Source: Hypanus sabinus (lineage: Eukaryota). Taken from it: DNA of 64,000 nucleotides. Location of the stretch: assembly GCF_030144855.1 (NCBI RefSeq), contig NW_026779564.1, forward strand, positions 682,001-746,000, read 5' to 3'. Shown one piece after another: positions 49,200 to 61,929 of the stretch; positions within the stretch are counted from its first letter, which is position 1; each line of letters opens with the position of its first letter. Made by a program: the position numbers and the translations under genes. The notes under the pieces were generated by a model. That model was not told the DNA's origin, made no database searches, and was given only the letters and a program-made list of their open reading frames with translations.

Positions 49200-51375
49200 C
49201 GTGTGTATGTATGTGTTTCTATGTGTGTATATGCATATATTGATGCGTAAAAGTAACTCTTATATATTTCGTAATTTACATGCAAAAATATTTACTACTT
49301 GCGCTGAGGACAAAGCCGCAATTGAACCCACCTGAGGAATAGATAGATACTGAAATACTGTGGTGCTCAGTTAGCTGTAGGAATATAATGGGCTGATAAG
49401 GCTGCCATTTACTGCCCTGTGGGTTACGAGCACTACCATCAACACGTTTCTCTCTGGTGTGAATATTAGAGACGATTATCAGAACAGACACACATACACC
49501 CACATACACACGCACACACACGCACACACACTCACACACACACACATCATAAAACTCACACACAAACATTGNNNNNNNNNNNNNNNNNNNNNNNNNNNNN
49601 NNNNNNNNNNNNNNNNNNNNNNNNNNNNNNNNNNNNNNNNNNNNNNNNNNNNNNNNNNNNNNNNNNNNNNNNNNNNNNNNNNNNNNNNNNNNNNNNNNNN
49701 NNNNNNNNNNNNNNNNNNNNNNNNNNNNNNNNNNNNNNNNNNNNNNNNNNNNNNNNNNNTCAGATCGTGTATTAGGGTAACTGCCGATCTCCAGGTCCAT
49801 CCCTTTCTTTTCCCTCACTGAGCGTGTCAAACGCGGTATTTTAGGTTTGAGTAAGCATATCGATTAAGGGATGGAAGAAAAGGAAGGGACCTTGAAACAG
49901 ACGTAGAGCCATGTTGCAGAAACAAGAAATATTCAGAGCAGAATGAAAGGGAAGTTAGTGAGAGAGAACGACAGCAGTGCAGAGGCAATCAGCCAACGGG
50001 AGATATTCAGTCGGATAATTTGAGAGACGGTGTTTCATTCATTTCGCGGGTCTAATGTGAAGAGAGGTTGTTCATTCTGTACCCACCAGCCTCCGGTGCA
50101 ATGTGTGAGTGTGGGGTTCATTTTGTACAAACCAGTCCCTGGTACAGCCTGTGACATTGGGTTCCTGTAGCTGTCACTCTCTGATTCAGTTAGAGTGTAT
50201 GCATTTCATTCTGTACATACCAGCCGTGACAGCGTGGGTTTGATTCTGAGTCTCTGTTACAGTGTGAGAGTGTGGTTTTAATTCTGTATCAGTCAGTCTC
50301 TGTTACATTGTGAGAGTGTGGGTTTCATTCTGTATCTGTCACTCTCTGTTACAGTGTGAGAGTGGTGATTTTGTTCTGTATCTGTCAGTCTCTTTTACAA
50401 TGTGGGAGTGTGGGTTTCATTCTGTATCTTTCAGTCTCTGCTACAGTTTGAGAGTGTGGGTTTCATTCTGTATCTGTCAATCTCTGCTACAGTGTGAGAG
50501 TGTGGATTTCATTCAGTATCTGTCAGTCTCAGTTACGGTGTGAGAGTGTGGGTTTCATTCTGTATCTGTCAGTCTCTGCTATAGTGAGAGTGTGGGTTCC
50601 TGCTGTATCTGTCAGTCCCTGTTCCAGCTTTAAGTGTGTCGTCTCAATTCTGAACATATGACTCTCTGAGTTAGTGTGACTGGGCGCATGTTTACACCTT
50701 CTTACGCGCTGTTCCTCAAATTCATTGAATGCTCTTAAAATAGATTCTGGTTCCCTGAGCTACTTTTAGAATAAGATTCTCCGAGTTCTGGTTCATGTTA
50801 AAATTGTGAGATACAGAGTTTACTGATGAACGATGACGATGGTATTCAACAGTCCATTCACTGTAATCGAGTCACATGGCAAGAGACCCTTCGGCCCGGC
50901 ATCAATCTGCACGCTATCCATTACTCTGCCGCCTAGAGCCAATCGAACATCATCTGATCGATAACTTTCCGTGGCTCGGCAACACAACTTCTTAAATGTT
51001 GAATGAAAATAAGCAAATTAAATAAATGTTTTAATTTAAATTAGTAGTCGCATAAGTAAATTAATAAATTGATTGAAATAAACCCAGTGGGGCAGTGGAT
51101 TTCATATTCCGGTATCATTTATATGAATACATTTCTCTGAGAAATTCTAAGTTCTTTCCTTCACCGTGCATCTTTGCACCCTTGTGTTTGACGATTCTGT
51201 CAGGATCTTCCCAATGTGCAGCAGAGTATGAGTTTATTGGAAAGTGATATGCCACTCATAAATAACGTAATATTGATTTCGATTTTCCAATCACGCTTTC
51301 AGCCTGTTCTGTGACTTGCAAATCATTTTTTCATGGATAAAATTGTGACTGAGCTCAGTTTTCACATTTGGAATC
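49200..51375 (-). repeat. Cassette copy C (46-bp minisatellite at about 50250-50625), inverted
   Basis: Reverse complement is collinear with copies A and B. Confidence 0.85.
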
Positions 51376-53129
51376 TGCTTTGGCCAATTCTGGACTATTG
51401 CACGCTGTTCGGGTCGCCCCACTGCCGGAAAGCCTTCGAGAATTTTGAGAAGAAGTACAAGATATTTATCGGGATCCTGGCTGGTTTAGAGGGCTTAGGC
51501 CAACAGGAGAGACTGGAGACACTTGGGCTGTTTTGTCACGGTCAGCGGCGGCTGACGGGAGATCAGGTGGAATTGTTGTGTCTGTGCACAACTATATATC
51601 GATTAACTGAATACACGCACGCAGGAATTGGCTTTAATTGGTGTTTTCACGTTGTGGCGAGAGAGTGAACGCTGAAAAGAGAGAGAGAGAACAATGTGCA
51701 TGCATGGACAACAGTGCATGGGCAGACAACAGATCAACACGTAGTGCTAAGCGGAGGGGGAGGTTATTGCTCCAAAAGAAAAAGATTTCAGACGCCCATT
51801 TAAAATATCTTTAGACATCTTCTGTACAAAACACAGAAGTCCGCAATACCACTAAGCTGCAGAGACATTCAGCCCTGTGAAATAAATATTCGGAAATTTC
51901 GTGCATAAGGAAGGAAGTTGGAGGTCAGAGAGAGAGGGAAGGTGATGGTTGTGAAGTAGGGACGGGGAAAGCGTAGAAAGTGGGGAGAGACGGAGACGGG
52001 GTAGAACGAGAGAGGGCTTTGGGGTTAGGAAATCTGGGGAGAGGAAGGACCTGAGGGAGAGAAACTGTTGGGCCAAGTGGAGAAGACAGACGGGAGAACA
52101 ATGAGGAGAAATGAGGGATATCTGGTGGAGTGCGATGCCAGGGTTATGAGAGAGATTTCGGATGGGTAGAGAAATCTGATTGACGGAGGAGCCGAAGATA
52201 GGATTGAGGAGAGCCCAGTGGAAGGAGGAGATAGACAGGAACGGTATCGAGACGGTGAGTGAACGAGTTGGGAAACAGACACTGTGAAGATAGTGCACTC
52301 AGTGTGCGGCGGGATCGGAAACACAGCATGAGGAAGAGAGAGACGTGGTGCACTGGTCGAAGAAAGAGACCGGGGTTGGGCAGAGGAACGGCGGAGAGAA
52401 ACACAGTGGCCGGGGTGTCTGGGAAGAGGGGAGGCGCGTCAAAATCCTAAAAAAAATGTACTGTGAGGAGCTGGAGGGCTTTCCATTACGCAATGCATTT
52501 TAGGATTGTTGTTTCCCCACTGTGAGGTGCTACAATAACATACAATCCTTCCCGTCTCGGTGACTCTTTCCCTCGACCCTTCTCCTTCCAACCCGCATCC
52601 ACAATCTCCCTCCCTCCAAGCCTTCTTCGCCACCATCATTCTCCCTCACTGTCTGACCTCCAACCTCCCTGCACGTGTATGCAACTTCCGATTATAAATT
52701 TCACAGGGCTGTATGTTGCTGTAGTTTAGTGATATTGTGGAATTCTGCGTTTTCCAGATGAATATCGTGCTTGGCACTGCTACTCCTTAGAGCTACACAA
52801 GTGAGATGAGTGTAACTGGATGAGCCACAAATCGCGAGAACTACATTATGAACTAATTCCACTGTTCTGGGAAGGTCTGGCAAACGTTTTGCTACTAGAT
52901 ATAAAGACAAGCTTTTCAATTGTACCTTAAAGTTCCAGACACGCTGACTCTCCATGACATAAAATATTCGCCAATTGAAGTCCGGTAAGGAATTTCATCT
53001 TCAAACTATTTTTGGCAAATTGTCGTCGTCGAGCATGATTCCGACATAACGGACGATGGAGAAACTAGGGGCAGCAAAGGCAAGTTCGAGTTCGCCATCT
53101 GGTGCGTGTTTCGCTTTGAAGAAGGGAAA

Positions 53130-53410
53130 GGATCATTGGACAGGAGGCCTCCTGTATCCCTTTTGCCAAACTCTTCCGGCTCTCAGCTTCACCCCTCCCC
53201 CTCCGGTCTTCTCCTATCATTTCGCATTTCCGCCCCCACCCCACTACTTTCAAATCTCTTACTATCTTTCCTTTCAGTTACTCCTAATGAAGGGTCTCGG
53301 CCCGAAACGTCGACGGTGCTTCTTCCTCTAGATGCTGCCTGGTTTGTTGCGTTCCACCAGCATTTTGTGTGTGTTGCTTGAATTTCCAGCATCTGCAGGT
53401 TTCCTCGTGC
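53130..53410 (+). mobile_element. Penelope-derived terminal repeat/SINE-like element with hammerhead-like core
   Basis: ctaatgaagggtctcggcccgaaacgtcgac...gatgctgcctgg...ccagcattttgtgtg. Related copies at about 54030-54240 and 56170-56290. Confidence 0.65.
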
Positions 53411-55789
53411 TGCGATATAAATAGGACTTGAAGAGGCGAACGGAACGAAATTTCATTCACGCTTGTGCTTAAAACCGGCAGTCCTTCCGGAGCAGGTAAG
53501 TAGATTCAAGTAGGATGGAAAATAGTTAGAGTAAAGTTGAATCGGAATGCGGGGGAGAGAGTTTCCTGTAAAGAAAAAGACGAAAACCAGGTAAGTAGAT
53601 TGAAGGAAGATGGTGAGTAATGATAGTAAAGTTGATGACCGAAATGCGGAGAGAGTTTAAAGAAGAAAACGAGAAAGAAGCTCCAGAAGGTTGAATGAGT
53701 AACGGAAACCCTGGGAAATCCGCTGGTGCCGCCAACTTCCTCTGCTGAAGGGGTCTCGTTAGAAAGTTGATTACAAGTAGCGTGTGTGGTTGGACACAAG
53801 ACGGTGGCACTATGAGGAGCCTTTTGAGATAAAGAAAATTAAATATTTTATACAGGAAACTGGTAGCGGAGACTGAGACCCTAAGTGTGATTATGATTAT
53901 ACAATAACGTGTTTTGATTTATTCACTTCGCATTATTTATTTGTGCGTGGCTTATCGGAGGATGCTGTCCTTTCTTTCATAAGTAGTTGTGTGCTCTGCT
54001 TCTTTATTTCTACAGTTCTTTCAAGCTTATCCCCTCCCTCTCCCCCTTTATCTTTCCTCTGATTCCACCTGTGGCCTCTAGGCCCTACCCCTCCCCTATC
54101 TCTGTTACTGGGCTTCGGTGCGCTATTCCCACCCCCAAACCCCCCCATTCCTGATGAAGGGTCTCGGCCCGAAACGTTCGCTACTCTTTTCTCACGGATG
54201 CTGCCTGACCTACTGAGTTCTTCCAGCGTTGTGTGTTGAGCGTTCTGAGTGCTGTTTGTGCTGCTGTTCTTTACAACCCGGCTCGGAGAAACCTTGTCTC
54301 GTTTGTGCTATTAAATGACAGTAAACTCGACCGGAGTTAGCCAAGCCACACTAACCTCCGAAAAAACTATAGACTGACACTCCAAACCATGTCCAAAAAA
54401 AAGAAAGGTGAGGAATCTCAAAGTCTCTATCCTCACCTGGACAGCCTGTGCTCAGGCAGGAATCAGGTCTGGTCTAAGTTTTCATGTAAGCAGAAGCTGT
54501 ACGGCTGGATCAATCTCCCCGACCCCGCCTGATAACGTTCAGGCAACCGAAGCAAAGCGGCAGGAGCGGGACAAACGGCAAGACAAAGATCTATCGAAGG
54601 AAAGATGAACACATTTTTAGGGTCGCTTCTGAACCGTCGCAGGGACTGAAAAAGGAGGACACGACTATAATTTGCGTATTAGAACAGGAAACAGAACAGG
54701 AGAAATGAAAAGAAGCGAATTCAGAACCGGCTCTTGTTACATAACATCCAAAAAAAAATGATTTGCACCACGGCGGTAACTGTGCTATAGACCCCTCCTG
54801 AAGTTCGAATATGGGACAAATTTGTGAAATTTCGAACTCCTTGCCTGGAAATGTTCAGATGTTCTGAAAAGTGGTGTGCGGAACCCACTTGGCCTGCAGT
54901 ACAAGTGCAGAGGAATAGAGGAATTCCCCAGAGGAATAGAGGGGGAAACGATAATGATGGATATTCCGTTACCATGGGGACGAGGTTAAAGGCGACCGTG
55001 CTCGGCTGCCCATGTGGGGCAATCCGTCAGCATAGTGATTTTGGAGAGGGAACCAGGTGCAGGCATAAATCAGGAGACAATATAACTGACTTCATTTCCC
55101 GTTTCCCTGACACATGATAGAATAGACTTGCAGAACAACTCTGCGCTGCCGTACACAGAATTGGAAATACACTTGGACTAAGATGTTAACCAACGACAGC
55201 TTATCCTGACAGGCCGACCTCTGATGCATTTCCATCGCACCGCCCGATACACTGAAACATCTCAGCCGAGCGATCACCAGAAGCTCCTTTCCGTGACTAA
55301 CAGAGCAGAAAATGTCTTTAACTGAACACATCTCTTGTGGTCCAAAGGACAAAGTGACAGAAGGGATTTTGAGTGAATATCAGGATGAGCGATTTAAACT
55401 GCCAAAACCTAACCCCTCATGTCACCACAGCCATCAAACCCCCTGCAACTCCTGAACTACTCGGACCCGTGCTTCAGACTTTACATGAGTTAAACCGCAC
55501 ACAGTGTATAACTCTGCCTAATACTAACGCTAATCTACAACTTCATTCCGCTCACGCTGGTTGTGTAATATTTCCTTCTTTATCGTTAAAACAAAGATTG
55601 TCCTGTTTGCGCCGCCCGCTTTGCCTGAGTATGTCGTAGTCTTGCTGCTTTCGTAGACACCTCCCTCTCGGTGGACAATAAACAAAAATCACGAGTGACG
55701 AACGTTCTGCCCCACCACACGAAGACCTATGCTATTCTACCCTCTATACGGCAATATGATTTGTCACTGGAGGCAATGTAAAGCATGAA

Positions 55790-56160
55790 TCCTGTCATAA
55801 GAACACTTTTCGGTTAGCAAGGGCTTATATCAACCTGCGATCTCTTATTTTACCAGTTCCGAAACCAGGTCCTGGTGCATAGACCTCTACTTTTCAAAGT
55901 ACCATTTACCTGTCTGAGAGGCTCTTAAACACCCTACTGTATTCGCTTCCATCACCGCCGCCGGCAGTTTATTCCACACACCCAACACTCTGTGTGAAAA
56001 CTGAACTCTGACATTCCCTCAGTACCTGTTTCCAAGCACCTTAAATGTATATCCCGCGTTTTAGCCGTTTTGTCCTGGGGAAAAAAGCCACGGGTTATCC
56101 ACAAGATCAATGCCCCTCATCATCTTACACATATAATTATGGTAGAAACGTCCGATCCTA
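55790..56160 (-). mobile_element. CR1 LINE 3' end
   Basis: Mirror of the CR1 tail at 14300-14650 (ctcttaaa...gcttccatcaccgccgccggcag...ttccac). Confidence 0.65.
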
Positions 56161-57421
56161 TTAAATTGGATCTCTCTGATGAAGTGTGCCGGCCCGGAAC
56201 ATTGACTGCTTACTCTTTTGCACAGATTCTGCTCGGCTTGCTGAGCTCCTTAGGATTGTGTGGGTATTACTTTGATTTCCAGCTGCAGATGTTCTCCAGT
56301 TTGCGATTAGACTTGGACAACAGTCAACAGTATAAGAACCTGCGCTGCAGACACGAAACAAAATTAACCCTGGGTCAGCGCCAACTCCGGAATGCGATGC
56401 TCTTGTCATTTAATCTTGCCAGACAATTATGTCGTAGTCTTTAAGCTACTCAATCTGATTGGGAGTTAAATTGGACAAGACTAGAACTTGGAGTTCACGC
56501 TGAATGACGTCGCTTGGGATTCACGCTGCTTTTGTGCTCACGGTGGCCGGTGAGAGGACACAATCCTTACGTATCACTGGAAACATTTTTTTTATGATAA
56601 AACGCTGAGTTGGTAATAACTGACGCGAGGTGCATAAATCAATTGTGCGCTTGAAAAGATATCTGTCGTGTCGAATCTTACTTCCGTCAACTCCGGGTGA
56701 GGAGAATCACCGGTGTTGTGTAACGCTGATCGGTGCCAGGACAGACATCAGTGAGACGGAACTGGAAATGCAACAGTGTGAGTAATGTTCCGTCAGAAAG
56801 AGGTACAAAGTCTTTTAAAGTAATTTTAATTCGGATTTTCAGTAACATTCATTTATTTTTCATATATCGATAAAACTTACAGGTAGAGCCTAGTTAGTTA
56901 GAGAGAGAAAAAATAAACAAATAACTTATTTTCCCGTGGCTCTGGAAGTTGATTAAATTTCAGCGTACATTGATGATCAATATAAATATATGTTCCTGCA
57001 ATGAGACTTTGTACTTTGCTCAGTACACGACCGGACAGAATATGTGATCAGAGAGAAACAGAGAACAGAGGGAAGCAGAGGGAAAGAATCAGACTGACGG
57101 GGCCTCGGGATGTGAACAGAGATAAAGCCGGAGAGATGCGGGGACAACGAGGGAGCAGGTCGGAGATGGAGATTGAGTTGAAAAAGAAGGAAAACAACGC
57201 ACACGCTCTGTTCCAGCCCGATCATATCTCCCTCACGGTGAAACTCACTCGTCTGCAATGAGATTAAATTTTGTTCCGAACGGGACCGGACGTGCGGACA
57301 GAGAGAAACAGGGAACAGAGATTCACGGGACCTCAGGATGTGAACGGAGATAAAGGGGCAGATATGAAAGGACAAAGCGGAGCAGTCCGGAGATGGAAAA
57401 GGAGTTGGAAAAGTAAAGAAA

Positions 57422-57463
<42 letters not shown>

Positions 57464-57900
57464 CTCCGCTGTGTTTCAGTCTGATCACGCTCCCCTCACC
57501 GGCGTGGGGGAAGGAGTAAAACACCGTGAGCGGCACTGAGAAGGGTGAAACAGAAACAACGGAGAGAATAGAGAAAAGGGAGAGGATTCTTCCTAACTGG
57601 ACCAGCCCAGAGTAAAACGCTGTCAGATGTGATGGAGATTATTACAGTAAAACGGACGGGACCTGACTATAGACCCTCCATCGGGGCGAATTACAGCTGA
57701 GGTGACCGCTACATATTACATATTCGTTGAAGGACACATTTCACCTGTACAGGGAAAACAGCGAGTGGAATATATCATCACAAAAACGCATGCGTATTTC
57801 AGTGCGCTCAGTTGTTACCAATGGTTCTACATATCGGCAAGTGGATAGATTTTGGAGGAAACATGGTGTTTGACTGAAATCTCCGGCAGAAACCGCTGCT

Positions 57901-59594
57901 CTATGATTTAGGGAATTTGGTTAACAGTTTCAGCGGGTATTTCACCGCGTTCTTCAGCTCCTCTCTGAACTTGCTCTGAGTCACGGCGTAAATACATGTG
58001 TTGGTGCAGGAGCTGAGGATCTGCAGCATCGTAGCCGTGGATTCTGCGATATAAATCGGATCAGTGTCCGTGTAACGAGGGATGTTTGCAATCAGTACGT
58101 AGAGTTCAAAAACCACTAGTGTTAACCACAGAAATATAAAACTACCGGTTATACTGAATAGTAAAACGACCGATTTCCTTCGGTTCTCCAACTCCGGGTC
58201 CTTGTCATTCTTCCCGTTACTGCGGCCCCGGAGCCCCTTCCGGACTTTATTAGCGGACAAAATCCGCCTGACTGTCAGAACATTGAACAATAAAATCAGA
58301 ACAAACGGGAGACAAGGCATGAAAACGCGATGAATCATCTGAAATGCGGCCCACGAGGGAGACGTATAGAAACTCTCTATGCTGACACAGCCATAGAAAA
58401 CTCCATCAATTATCTCCGAATGTTCCAATGTAAAGTAGAAAGAGACACTTTCCAAACAGCCCAGAACACTCACTGTCCCGATAACCACAGCCCCCGTTCT
58501 TTCGGTGCAATATTTCGTTTTCAGCTTTTCACAACAAATGGCCACAAATCTGTCACATGTGAACGCGACTGTCAGCCAGACAGAGACCCCGGTGCTTCCT
58601 ATGAGCAGGCAACGAACAACCCTACAAACGGGAGTCCAATAGAGGAAGGAAGACCGAAAGTATATGAGAACAATCCACTTCAGCAGAGGGTCAGAGATAA
58701 CGACCAGGAGATCGGCCGCTGCCATTCCCAGCAGATAGCGAGTGATGCATTTGGAGAGACCGCACTTTCCTCGGGACAGGATAACAATCGCCACCAGGTT
58801 CACTGCAAGAGGGAGGGAAAGTAGCAGAGAAATTACTCACCTGTCAGGGCAATAGAGCAAAGTTGTTATTATTAGACTTCACCTTGTTTTTTTTTCTGCT
58901 TCAAATGATGGAAACTGGACCAGAACATATGAACACGTTGACGGTGTGCAATATCGGCGTGACAGAGAACTCTCCGCGTGTTTTGTAAATGGGTTCAATC
59001 TGGGTGAACTCCCAAACCGACCAGATGACAGCTAGTTAAACGCTTCCTGACCGCAGTAAGGAATGGGTATGATATACCAACGTCACTGGTCTGAGCATCA
59101 CAGGAATGAAATGAAATCCACATCAGCGGTTCCCTCTGCTGATATTTCTAACATAAATGAGCCATTCGCGTTGTTCCATCACCCAGTCAGGCAATTCACA
59201 GTCGATTTATACGGACAAAACAGAAGGTCGGCTGGCTCCCACGGATGCAGTGTAGCCCGGTTTCCTCATGTGCTGACATTTCAATTCACAATTATTACAT
59301 GGCATCGAGGCAGTGGAGTGGATTTCAGTCAAAGGCAGCATCTCGGCTGCAATATGGAGCGCTGCCTGCTACGAAAGCAATGGGATTAATATTGTTAGCG
59401 ACTTCCGCCCATGACTGAAATGCGGGACTGGGCAGGTGGCTGTGGAAACAAGTAGCGAGAGAAACACTTCAGAACATCAGAATAAACTCTCAGTTTCTGC
59501 CTTTGGAGGTGTGCCCCGGCTTACCGGGGATCCCAACGGCTGAAATAACTGGGTAGTAAATGTCTTCTATCCGCCAGATTACTGGATATCCCAT
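57901..59594 (-). CDS. G5: GPR139/GPR142-like class A GPCR, 323 aa, complement(join(57901..58802,59525..59594)); close paralog of G2
   Basis: Exon 1 MGYPVIWRIEDIYYPVISAVGIP+G with GTAAGC donor; TTGCAG acceptor; open 7TM frame. Intron and flanks align to G2. Confidence 0.92.
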
Positions 59595-59677
59595 TTGACT
59601 GACGTAGTGAACGCTATTGCTCTGAATTCCACAGCTCGACAAGACTCTCTGGGCTGACGTACTGCAACAGGCTCTGA

Positions 59678-59683
59678 TTTATA
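59678..59683 (-). promoter_or_regulatory. TATA box of G5
   Basis: TATAAA with the same spacing and context as G2. Confidence 0.65.
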
Positions 59684-60562
59684 CAGGGGATCGATCTCCA
59701 GTGACAAGGTCCCACCTCTGATCATTGTTACTGAATAAACAAATTACATCACCGGCAGTGTCTCAGGTGTAAATACTGTTGGTATGTAACATGAACATGT
59801 CAATACCATTGGCATTACCTCAGTCTGATTCCTCTGTGTAATTTGACCAAAATGTGTAATGAGACCAGTAAGTGAATAATGAGCCGCCCTATTTACACCT
59901 CTTCATAGTTGTTTTGGCAGTGGTCACGACTGTTCCTATTTTCCAAACAGAAACTTTCACTGTGGTTCCACCAATTTCTGCCGCTTTTCACTGTCACACC
60001 CGCTGTTGCATCGACAAATAGATCCGGTTTCCCCTCAGTGTGATCTGGATCCAGGGATAGATGAAAACCCTCCCGGTCTCCCCCTGCAGACTTCAGTTTA
60101 ATATCATCCACATTTTTTAAATTCAGCTGCTCCACCCCGCCCGACTATGTGCCTCCAGATATAAATCATCCCCGCTGTGTACACGGTTACTCTGCCCAGT
60201 TCTCCATCAGCCCTGGACGACATCGATGTTGAAGTCATTTTTATCCGGTCCCCAGTACAATATATATTCTCGATATCTTGAAGCACAGAGCTGTCCACGG
60301 ATCCTCCATCTCTTANNNNNNNNNNNNNNNNNNNNNNNNNNNNNNNNNNNNNNNNNNNNNNNNNNNNNNNNNNNNNNNNNNNNNNNNNNNNNNNNNNNNN
60401 NNNNNNNNNNNNNNNNNNNNNNNNNNNNNNNNNNNNNNNNNNNNNNNNNNNNNNNCTGTGCGTTTATGTGTAGATGTGTATGTATGTCTGTGTATATATT
60501 TGCGTGAGTGTGTATCTCTGTGTGCATTTGTGTGAATGTACGTGTGTGTGTGGGGGGGGGGG

Positions 60563-60790
60563 GCGGCGTGGCCTATTGGATAAGGCGTCGGTCTAGTGAT
60601 CTGAAGATCCCTTGTATGATCTTAGCTGCGTGTGTGTCCTTGAGCAAGGCACATAACCACACATTGCTCTGCGACGACACCGGTGCCAAGCTGTATGGGT
60701 CCCAATGTCCTTCCCTTCGACATCGCAGGCGTGAAGAGGGAAGACTTGAGGCCTCCCATACAAACTTGCGAAGGCCTCAGTCAGCATCGA
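60563..60790 (+). mobile_element. tRNA-derived CORE-type SINE
   Basis: tRNA-like head gcgtggcctattggataaggcgtcgg, then gtgtccttgagcaaggcacataacc (CORE-like). Confidence 0.65.
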
Positions 60791-60799
60791 AAATCGATG

Positions 60800-61530
60800 C
60801 ACATCCCCTTGATTCAGTGTACACAGGTGAGTGGAGTAGTACTCTTCCAGGTCAGAAGAATAAGTTTCTTAGTCACCACCATTCGTAGATGCAGAACAAT
60901 CTGCATGTCGTGCGGCAACCCAAGAGTCAGTGCAGAGCATCCAAACATGGCGAGGTCGTGATTCGGCTGAATGTCTCTAGAAGAGGCTTTTGAGAGGCAC
61001 TCAAAAGTTGCAGTGCAAAAGTTGTGTAAAGTAGGGTAAAACCAGAAAAGATGTGCTAGTGAGCCCTCAGCAGAGCGGCACTTGTCGCAATCAGGAGTCA
61101 CAGATGGGAAGATGCGATTCAGTTTTGTTTTTGAATAATGCAATCTTTTCATCACCTTGTACTGGATTAACCTGCAGCGTTAATAGAACAACAGCGAACC
61201 CGGGACATTGCCTGCTCCCAAAGTTCCGCTGATACCTCTGAGTTCAAGTCCCTAGCCCAGGCTTCGCTAATAAAATCTGTAGAAACCAAAGGAGTAAAAC
61301 GATTCACAAATTTTGATATTAACTGTTTGGAGTCTGGAGGGAGCAAAAGGTTTTCAAGGAAGGGATGTGTGGTGGAAATAGGCTCGAAGAGTGGGAACCT
61401 TTCGTTAACGTAGTGTCTAACATGGAGACAGCGAAAAATTGTGAATTTGGAAGGTTGAACTTGTGCATCTGCACAACCCCAAATATACGAAACATATCTG
61501 AGAGAATAAGGGGACCTTTCTTGGCTCAGT
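60800..61530 (-). mobile_element. L1/Tx1-type LINE ORF2 C-terminal fragment
   Basis: KRLHYSKTKLNRIFPSVTPDCDKCRSAEGSLAHLFW, a CCHC-type C-terminal domain. Confidence 0.75.
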
Positions 61531-61862
61531 GTCAGATTACCTCACATACATTGTGACCTTGACCTATCTAGTCCCATGAGTGTCTGTGGCGCCTAACCGG
61601 ATTCCTTTATTCATTTTATTTTACATTGATTCCGTGAAACCACTATTCTTTCAACTTTGTTTTTCAAAGTATATTTATGGAGTCTTGTAAATTGTCTGGC
61701 AGCTTTTTTGTTCTTATTTTTGATTTGTTTTGTCCGTGCTCCACCTGGAGCTGCATTTCCTTCGGACTGTTTTGTACGTCTTCAATATGTTTTGTCTTTG
61801 TAAAACTGAAAATTGTAAATAAAGTATTAAAAAAACAGAAAATTGATGGGCAGCCGAAGAAA

Positions 61863-61901
<39 letters not shown>

Positions 61902-61929
61902 TGAGTGTGTGTGTCTGTGTGAGTGTACT

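Noticed and set aside
51900-52440. Purine-rich tract with Leu/Ser/Pro-rich antisense ORFs
   Set aside because: Low-complexity GA bias explains the ORFs; no clear mirror repeat was identified.
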